Positions 17,956 through 25,178 of a DNA stretch of 32,000 nt are shown piece by piece. Each line of letters starts with the position of its first letter. Position 1 is the stretch's first letter. Source of the stretch: Candidatus Saccharimonadota bacterium. GTDB lineage: Bacteria > Bacteroidota > Bacteroidia > Flavobacteriales > Blattabacteriaceae. The stretch covers positions 30,001 to 62,000 of the forward strand of contig NZ_CP093908.1 of the NCBI RefSeq assembly GCF_024818015.1, in the 5' to 3' direction. A model generated the notes under the pieces. It saw nothing but the letters and a program-made list of their open reading frames with translations. It ran no database searches and was not told where the DNA came from. A program made the translations under genes and the position numbers.

Positions 17956-20727
17956 ATGAATATGGATTATAATTTTAAAAAATTAGAAAACAAATGGCAA
18001 AAATATTGGAAAGATAAAAATATTTTAAATAAAAAATTTGGTTATAAAAACAAAAAATATTATATATTAAATATGTTTCCTTATCCATCTGGAGATGGAT
18101 TACATGTTGGCCATTCTATCGGATATATTGCATCTGATATATATGCACGTTATAAAAAATCTAAAGGATATAATGTAATTAATCCTATAGGATTTGACTC
18201 ATTTGGATTACCCACAGAACAATATTCAATACAAACAGGAATTTCTCCTAACATTACTACAAGAATTAATCTTAAAAGATATAAATTACAATTATTAAAA
18301 TTAGGTATATTTTTTAATTGGGAAAGAAAACTAACTACTAGTGATAGTTCATATTTTAAATGGACTCAATGGATGTTTATTAAAATGTTTAATTCTTGGT
18401 ATGATAATACATTAAAAAAAGCTAGATCTATTAAGATCTTAATTTCTGAATTTAATAGAAATGGAAATTTTAATATTAATGCTTGTTCTACAAGTAAAAT
18501 AAATTTCAATGCATATACATGGAAAAAATTTAATTCTTTTGAAAAAGAAAATATATTACAAAACTATCGTTTAGCTTTTTTATCAAAAAGATCAGTAAAT
18601 TGGTGTCCTGAATTAGGGACAGTATTAGCAAATGATGAGATCAAAAATAATTTAAGTAAAAGAGGAGGATATCCTGTTTATAAAATACAAATGCTACAAT
18701 GGAGTCTTAGAATTAGTGCATATTCTGAAAGACTTTTAAATGGTTTAAAAAAAGTTAATTTTACTGAAAAGCTAAAAAAATCTCAAATCTATTGGATAGG
18801 TAAAAAATATGGGATAAACATTCTTTTTACATTAAAAAATAATAACAATATAAAAGTTAAAATATTTACGAATAAACCTTATAGTCTTTTTGGGGTAACA
18901 TTTATTCTAATTCCATTAGAAAGTTATTTTTTAAAAAAAAAAAATATAAAAAATTTTGTTGATAAACAATATATTAATAAAGTTAAAAAATATCTCTTAG
19001 ATTTTACTTTGAAAAAAAAATCTGTTAGGATATCTGGAATTTTTACAGGAAACTACGTGATACATCCATTCACTAAAAATGAAATTCCACTTTATATAAG
19101 TTCTTTTATAAAAGATGATTATAATTTAAATTCTATTATGTGTATTCCAGCTCATGAGATAAATAGTTATAAATTTGCTAAAAAATTTGGAATAAAAATA
19201 TTTGAAGTTTTTTATAAAAATCAAATATGTATCAATTCTTCAATTTTAAATGGATTAAATAGAAAAAATGCTTTTAATTATATTAATAAAATTATACTAA
19301 ATAATAATTTAGGAAAAATTAGTTTTAATTTTAAATTAAAAGATGCTATCTTTGCAAGACAAAGATATTGGGGTGAACCTATTCCAATTTTTTTTAAAAA
19401 GAAAATTCCGAAAACAATAAAGAAGTTACCTTTATTATTACCAAATATTGAGACATATTTACCTAATGGTAATTCTCCATTAACTAGAGCTAAATTTTGG
19501 GCTTGGGATAAAAATCTCAATAAGATTGTATATACAGATTTAATAAATAATAAAACTCTTTTTTCTTTAGAAACTAATACTATGCCTAGTTGGGCAGGTT
19601 CTAGTTGGTATTATATCCGATATATGGATCCTAAGAATCCAGATTTTTTTGTAAAAAAAAAAAAAGAAAAATATTGGAAAAATGTTGATCTTTATGTAGG
19701 AGGTATAGAACATGCAACAGGTCATTTAATTTATGCAAGATTTTGGCATAAATTCCTAAAAGATTATGGATTTGTAAGTTCAGAAGAACCTTTTCAAAAA
19801 ATTATGAATCAAGGAATGATTTTAGGAAACTCTGCTATTATTTATTGTAATAAAAAAGAATATATTTCATCTAGTCTTTTAGACTTAAAAGAAAAAAAAA
19901 GGCTACAAGAAATTAATATAGATATTAAATTTCTTAAAAAGAATAATGAGGTAGATCTAAAAAAAATAAATAATTTGTGTTATGAATTTAATAATTCTAA
20001 ATTTAGATTAGACAATGGAAGATTTATATGTGATCGTAAAACTGAAAAAATGTCTAAATCTAAGTATAATGTAGTTAATCCAGATTTGATTTATGATCAA
20101 TATGGTGCTGATGCATTACGCCTGTATGAAATGTCTTTAGGACCATTAGAAAAATATAAAATTTGGGATATAAAAATGATTAATGGAATTTTGAATTTCT
20201 TAAAAAGATTTTGGCATTTTTTTCATTTAAAAGGTACATTTTCTGTAGATGAAAATTCTCCTTCTATAGCAGAATTAAAACTTTTAGATAAAACTATAAA
20301 AAAAATAAGATCTAATATAAAAGATTTTTCTTTTAATACACCTATAAGTGAATTTATGATAATTTTAAATAAATTAATAAAAATTAAATGTTATAAAAGA
20401 CTGATATTAGAACCAATAACTATTTTACTTAGTTTTTATGCCCCCCATCTTTCTGAAGAGATTTGGTATAAATTAGGAAAAACAAAATCTATATTTTTTG
20501 CTAAATTTCCATTTTTTTCTATAAATTCTCTTTTAGAAGATGAATTTAATTATCCTGTTACAGTTAATGGTAAATTACGTTTTAAAATAAAATTTAAAAA
20601 ATGTGAAAATTTAAAGAATCTTGAAAAGATTTTATTAAATAATAAAAAGATTATTTATTATTTAAATAATAATAAACCTAAAAAAATATTTATATTACGT
20701 AATAAAATTATAAATATTGTTATTTAA
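17956..20727 (+). CDS. leuS: leucyl-tRNA synthetase
   Basis: 923-aa ORF with FPYPSGDGLHVGH, WCPELGTVLANDE, RQRYWGEPIP, GGIEHATGHLIYARFW and KMSKSKYN. Confidence 0.96.
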   Translation: MNMDYNFKKLENKWQKYWKDKNILNKKFGYKNKKYYILNMFPYPSGDGLHVGHSIGYIASDIYARYKKSKGYNVINPIGFDSFGLPTEQYSIQTGISPNITTRINLKRYKLQLLKLGIFFNWERKLTTSDSSYFKWTQWMFIKMFNSWYDNTLKKARSIKILISEFNRNGNFNINACSTSKINFNAYTWKKFNSFEKENILQNYRLAFLSKRSVNWCPELGTVLANDEIKNNLSKRGGYPVYKIQMLQWSLRISAYSERLLNGLKKVNFTEKLKKSQIYWIGKKYGINILFTLKNNNNIKVKIFTNKPYSLFGVTFILIPLESYFLKKKNIKNFVDKQYINKVKKYLLDFTLKKKSVRISGIFTGNYVIHPFTKNEIPLYISSFIKDDYNLNSIMCIPAHEINSYKFAKKFGIKIFEVFYKNQICINSSILNGLNRKNAFNYINKIILNNNLGKISFNFKLKDAIFARQRYWGEPIPIFFKKKIPKTIKKLPLLLPNIETYLPNGNSPLTRAKFWAWDKNLNKIVYTDLINNKTLFSLETNTMPSWAGSSWYYIRYMDPKNPDFFVKKKKEKYWKNVDLYVGGIEHATGHLIYARFWHKFLKDYGFVSSEEPFQKIMNQGMILGNSAIIYCNKKEYISSSLLDLKEKKRLQEINIDIKFLKKNNEVDLKKINNLCYEFNNSKFRLDNGRFICDRKTEKMSKSKYNVVNPDLIYDQYGADALRLYEMSLGPLEKYKIWDIKMINGILNFLKRFWHFFHLKGTFSVDENSPSIAELKLLDKTIKKIRSNIKDFSFNTPISEFMIILNKLIKIKCYKRLILEPITILLSFYAPHLSEEIWYKLGKTKSIFFAKFPFFSINSLLEDEFNYPVTVNGKLRFKIKFKKCENLKNLEKILLNNKKIIYYLNNNKPKKIFILRNKIINIVI

Positions 20728-20729
20728 CT

Positions 20730-20801
<72 letters not shown>

Positions 20802-20818
20802 CATTAATCAGATATAAA

Positions 20819-21691
20819 ATGAATAAAGTCAACTGGTGTCCAGGATGTGGAAATTTTTCTATTTTAAAACAAATCCAATCGATTTTACCAGAAATAGGTG
20901 TTAATAAACAGAAAATAGTTTTTGTATCAGGGATTGGATGTTCTTCTAGATTACCATATTATTTAGATACATATGGTATACATGGAATACATGGAAGAGC
21001 TACTTCTATTGCTACAGGAATAAAATTATCAAAACAAAATTTTAGTGTATGGATTATTACAGGAGATGGAGATGGGTTATCTATCGGAGTGAATCATCTT
21101 ATTCATTTATTTAGAAGAAATATAAATGTTAATATATTACTATTTAATAATAAAATTTATGGATTAACAAAAGGACAATATTCTCCAACATCTTCTTTGG
21201 GAGTAAAAACAAAATCTTCTCCTTTAGGAACTATTGAAAGACCTTTTAATACTTTGTCATTAGCGTTAGGAGCTGGAGCTACTTTTATAGCACGTAGTAT
21301 AGATATAAATATAAAACATTTAAAAAAAATGCTTCTAGCAAGTAATAATCATATAGGTACTTCATTTTTAGAAATATATCAAAATTGTACCATTTTTAAT
21401 AATGGTGTCTTTGACTCTTTCGTAAAAAAAAAAGAGTCATTATATCTTGAGCAAAGAAAACCATTATTTTTTGGAAAAAAATGTATATCATTATATAATA
21501 ATAAGATAAAGATTATTCTTAAGAAGAATTTTTTAAAAAAAAATATATGGATACATGATATTTACGATATCAATAAAGCATTTTTTTTATCAAAATTATT
21601 TTATGAAAAAAAAAGATCTCCATGTCCTTTTGGGGTTCTTTATAAAAGAAAAATAGACACTTATGAGAAATTTTTTAATAAAAAAACTTAA
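20819..21691 (+). CDS. korB: 2-oxoglutarate:ferredoxin oxidoreductase, beta (TPP-binding) subunit
   Basis: The start is taken at the ATG at 20819 (MNKVNWCPGCGNF...), because the track ORF start at 20771 lies inside tRNA-Phe. Has the NWCPGCG motif and the TPP-binding ITGDGDGLSIGVNHLIHLFRRNINVNILLFNNKIYGLTKGQ. Confidence 0.85.
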   Translation: MNKVNWCPGCGNFSILKQIQSILPEIGVNKQKIVFVSGIGCSSRLPYYLDTYGIHGIHGRATSIATGIKLSKQNFSVWIITGDGDGLSIGVNHLIHLFRRNINVNILLFNNKIYGLTKGQYSPTSSLGVKTKSSPLGTIERPFNTLSLALGAGATFIARSIDINIKHLKKMLLASNNHIGTSFLEIYQNCTIFNNGVFDSFVKKKESLYLEQRKPLFFGKKCISLYNNKIKIILKKNFLKKNIWIHDIYDINKAFFLSKLFYEKKRSPCPFGVLYKRKIDTYEKFFNKKT

Positions 21692-22918
21692 ATGCTAAAA
21701 GTTTCTTTTATAGAAAGGAATAAAAAAATAATTATGATTGGTTTAATAAAAAGAAACTTTTATAAAGTATATTTAATAAATTATATTCTTTTTCTTTATA
21801 AGAAGAAAAACAAAATAAAATCTAAATTAGATAATTTAATTTATTATATTAAATATTTTTCTAAAAACAGAAAACTAAATGAAGTACGTAATTACTCTTC
21901 TTTTTTAAAAGAAAAATTAAAAATTAATCTTTTTCTTATAAAGAAAATTAAAAATAAAATTTTTGAAATAATTATTAAAATTCCTAATTTGACATTTGAA
22001 GAAGTAAAAAAAAATTATAAAGAAAAAGAAATTCTTTATAAGAGAGAAATTCTTAATAATTTTAAAAAAAAAATAGATCATTGGGAATTAGGAGAAAAAT
22101 TTAAACTTTTTAGTACAAAGAAAGGTGCCATTATTTCTGGAAATGGATTTAATGTTTTCATTAATAAAGGAGCCTTACTACAACGTAGTTTAATACAATT
22201 TTTTTTAGAAAAAAATATATCATCAGGATACATAGAATATGTTCTTCCATATATTGTAAATATAAATTCTGTTTATGGAACAGGTCAAATTCCAGATAAA
22301 AAATCTCAAATGTATAATATTGACAATTTATATCTTATTCCAACAGGAGAAGTTCCGTTAATAAATATTTTTAAAAATAATATTTTTAAAGAATCAGAAT
22401 TACCTATAAAAGCAACAACTTATACTTCTTGTTTTAGAAGAGAATCAGGATCATATGGATCTAAAGTTCGTGGATTAAATAGACTGCATCAGTTTGATAA
22501 AGTTGAAATTGTACAAATAAGTACATGTAAAGATTCATATTTATCATTTAATGATATGGTTAATCATATTAAATCTTTATTGAGATCATTAAATTTACCA
22601 TTTAGAATAATTAGGTTATGTGGAAAAGATTTAGGATTTACTTCAGCTTTAACTTATGATTTTGAAGTTTATTCTCCTGGACAAAAAAAATGGTTAGAAG
22701 TTAGTTCAGTATCAAATTGTAGAAATTTTCAATCAAATAGGCTTAAATTAAGATATCGTACATTTGATGGAAAAATTAAATTATGTCATACATTGAATGG
22801 TAGTTCTTTAGCTATTCCCAGAATGATTTCAGCTATATTAGAAAATAATCAATATAAAAATTATATAATACTTCCTAAAGTTTTGATTAAATATATGAAA
22901 ATTGAAAAAATTTATTAA
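21692..22918 (+). CDS. serS: seryl-tRNA synthetase
   Basis: 408-aa ORF. Has the MLKVSFIERNK N-terminus, class II motifs FRRESGSYGSKVRGLNRLHQFDKVE, and GSSLAIPRMISAILENNQ. Confidence 0.94.
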   Translation: MLKVSFIERNKKIIMIGLIKRNFYKVYLINYILFLYKKKNKIKSKLDNLIYYIKYFSKNRKLNEVRNYSSFLKEKLKINLFLIKKIKNKIFEIIIKIPNLTFEEVKKNYKEKEILYKREILNNFKKKIDHWELGEKFKLFSTKKGAIISGNGFNVFINKGALLQRSLIQFFLEKNISSGYIEYVLPYIVNINSVYGTGQIPDKKSQMYNIDNLYLIPTGEVPLINIFKNNIFKESELPIKATTYTSCFRRESGSYGSKVRGLNRLHQFDKVEIVQISTCKDSYLSFNDMVNHIKSLLRSLNLPFRIIRLCGKDLGFTSALTYDFEVYSPGQKKWLEVSSVSNCRNFQSNRLKLRYRTFDGKIKLCHTLNGSSLAIPRMISAILENNQYKNYIILPKVLIKYMKIEKIY

Positions 22919-22921
22919 TTT

Positions 22922-23146
22922 ATGTCAAAATTATGTCAAATAACAGGTAAAAAGCCAATGATGGGAAATAAAGTATCACATGCAAATAATAAAACTAAAC
23001 GTACTTTTAATTTAAATTTAAGTAAAAAACGATTTTTTATTAAAAAAAAATGGATACTTTTAAAAGTATCTTCAGCAGGAATAAAAACAATTAATAAATT
23101 AGGACTTGAAAAAACTTTAAAATGTCATGTCAAAAAAAGATATTAG
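22922..23146 (+). CDS. rpmB: 50S ribosomal protein L28
   Basis: 74-aa [36 protein letters not shown]... Its 3' end overlaps rpmG by 20 nt. Confidence 0.92.
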   Translation: MSKLCQITGKKPMMGNKVSHANNKTKRTFNLNLSKKRFFIKKKWILLKVSSAGIKTINKLGLEKTLKCHVKKRY

Positions 23147-23312
23147 AATTCAAGTAATAATAGAATGTACAGAGCATAAAAATAGTGGATTATCTGGTAC
23201 ATCTAGATATGTTACTACAAAAAATAAAAAAAATAATCCAGAAAGATTAAAATTAAAAAAATTTAATTCTATTTTAAATAGAAATACAATTCATCAAGAA
23301 ATAAAATCATAA
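23127..23312 (+). CDS. rpmG: 50S ribosomal protein L33
   Basis: 61-aa [43 protein letters not shown]. Confidence 0.93.
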   Translation: MSKKDIRIQVIIECTEHKNSGLSGTSRYVTTKNKKNNPERLKLKKFNSILNRNTIHQEIKS

Positions 23313-23313
23313 T

Positions 23314-23448
23314 ATGAAAAAAGAAAAATATAAAAGAATGACTAAAATTATATTTCTGTTTAAAAGACACAAGAATTATTCTTTTAAAGAAAAAATAGTT
23401 AATTCTAATGATGTAAATAAGTTTTTAGGGGTGGACGACCGGAATTGA
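23314..23448 (+). CDS. small DUF4295-like protein (44 aa), the usual Bacteroidota partner of rpmB-rpmG
   Basis: Below the ORF-track size cutoff, so translated manually: MKKEKYKRMTKIIFLFKRHKNYSFKEKIVNSNDVNKFLGVDDRN, stop TGA at 23446..23448. Its position directly after rpmG and the pattern KR.TK.I...K....YSF.E.IV..(D/E)V..FL match my recollection of flavobacterial DUF4295 proteins. Confidence 0.55.
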   Translation: MKKEKYKRMTKIIFLFKRHKNYSFKEKIVNSNDVNKFLGVDDRN

Positions 23449-23504
23449 ACCGGCAACCCTTAGAACCACAATCTAATGCTCTAACCAATTGAGCTACGTT
23501 CACC
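23430..23504 (-). tRNA. tRNA-His (anticodon GUG) with encoded G-1
   Basis: Minus strand G-GTGAACG-TA-GCTC-AATTGGTTA-GAGC-A-TTAGA-TTGTGGT-TCTAA-GGGTT-GCCGG-TTCAATT-CCGGT-CGTCCAC-C. Anticodon is GTG. The extra 5' G is opposite discriminator C73, which is the His identity feature. No CCA is encoded. Confidence 0.9.
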
Positions 23505-24418
23505 AATATTTCGCAAATCTTTTATTAGAAATTTTATTCTCTCAGGAATAGGACATATAAAATAATTTTTTTTTCTATATATCGGATGTATATATTCTAT
23601 ATAATAAGCATGTAAAGCTATTTTTTTTTCAATACTTTTTATATATTTTTTTTCAATATATCCATAATCTTTATCATTAATAATTGGATGCCCTATATAT
23701 TTTAAATGTACTCTAATTTGATGAGTTCGTCCAGTTTCTAAAGTACACTTTAAAAGTGTAACATATTTAAATCTTTCTATTACTTTATAATGTGTAATAG
23801 AAAATTTTCCAGAAATCCCATTAGGGAAAACATTCATATATATTCTGTTTTTTAAACTTCTACCTATATTACATATAATAGTTCCTTTCTTCTTTTTAAG
23901 ATATCCCCATACTAAAGTAATATATTTTCTTTTTAGATGATTAATATAAAACTGTTTCGAAATTTTTGCTAAAATATTTTTATCTTTTGCTACTAAAATT
24001 AATCCACTTGTTCCTTTATCTATTCTATGTACTAGAATTGGAATTTGCTTATAAAAATTCTTTTTTAAGAAATAAAAATGTAAACCATTAATTAGAGTCA
24101 TAGATTCATTTCCCTTACCTGGATGGACAACTAAACCAGATTGTTTATTAATAATAATAACGTATTCATCTTCATAAAAGATATTTATTTTGAAATTTTC
24201 AGGTATAATATTTTGTTTTTCAGGAAGAAAAATTTCTATCACATCATTTATTTTAACTATATAATTTTTTTTGATTAAAATATTATTTACATAAACCAAT
24301 CCTTTTTCTAGAATTTTTTGTAGAAAATTTCTATTATTTTTATGTAAAATATATTTGATATATGTATCAATTCTTATTAAGTTTTCTTTTTTTTTAACTA
24401 AAATTTTTTTTTTATCAT
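23481..24418 (-). CDS. rluD: 23S rRNA pseudouridine synthase, RluD/RluA family, with a frame problem at the 5' end
   Basis: Track ORF 23481..24299 begins at a TTG and carries the catalytic HRIDKGTSGL and GRTHQIRVH motifs. The same frame stays open upstream to 24431 and encodes the S4-like domain (ENLIRIDTYIKYILHKNNRNFLQKILEKGLVYVNN). The only ATG (24418..24416) is out of frame across an A10 run. Confidence 0.8.
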
Positions 24419-24419
24419 A

Positions 24420-25178
24420 ATGAAATTTTTTTTAGAAATAACTTATCATGGTGCCTCATTTTATGGATGGCAAATCCAAAAAAACAATATTTCTGTACAA
24501 GAAACAATAGAAAACTGTTTAAGTTTTTTATTAAAAAAAAGTATAAAGATTATAGGCGCAGGAAGGACTGATACTGGTGTACATGCTATACAAATGTTTG
24601 CTCATTTTGATTTTTCTGAAAAAGAAATTCTATTATCTCGAAATTTTCTATTTAAATTAAATTCTTTTTTACCTTTAAATATTAAAATTCTAAATATTTT
24701 TCCTGTTAAAAAAACAATTCATGCTCGTTTTACGGCTATAAGTAGAGTATATGTATATAGGATATCTTTAGGGAAAAATACTTTTTATCTTGATAGAAGT
24801 TGGCAATGGTTATCAAAAAACAAAATAAAATTAAATACCTTAAATCAAGGTGCTAAAATTCTTAAAATATATAAAAACTATATTAGTTTTTGTAAAAAAA
24901 ACTGTAATTATAAAACATATATATGTAATATATATAATGCTAAATGGTATATAAAAAAGAATATATTATCTTTTAATATTGAAGCCAATAGATATTTAAG
25001 AAATATGATAAGATCTATAGTAGGTACTATAATTGAGTTAGGAGTAGGAAAAATAACAATAAAAGATTTTATTAACATTTTCTATGCTAAAGATAGAAAT
25101 CTTGCAGGAATTTCTGCACCAGCAAAAGGTCTGTTTTTAACAAAAATTAATTATCCATTAAATATTAATTTATTTTAA
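24420..25178 (+). CDS. truA: tRNA pseudouridine(38-40) synthase TruA
   Basis: 252-aa ORF with [12 protein letters not shown], the catalytic [11 protein letters not shown], and [10 protein letters not shown]. Confidence 0.93.
   Translation: MKFFLEITYHGASFYGWQIQKNNISVQETIENCLSFLLKKSIKIIGAGRTDTGVHAIQMFAHFDFSEKEILLSRNFLFKLNSFLPLNIKILNIFPVKKTIHARFTAISRVYVYRISLGKNTFYLDRSWQWLSKNKIKLNTLNQGAKILKIYKNYISFCKKNCNYKTYICNIYNAKWYIKKNILSFNIEANRYLRNMIRSIVGTIIELGVGKITIKDFINIFYAKDRNLAGISAPAKGLFLTKINYPLNINLF

Noticed and set aside
23127-23146. The 20-nt overlap of rpmB and rpmG as a sign of a frameshift or misassembly.
   Set aside because: Both proteins are full length and align end to end with flavobacterial L28 and L33 as I recall them. 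The overlap is consistent with the general compaction seen at most junctions in this window.
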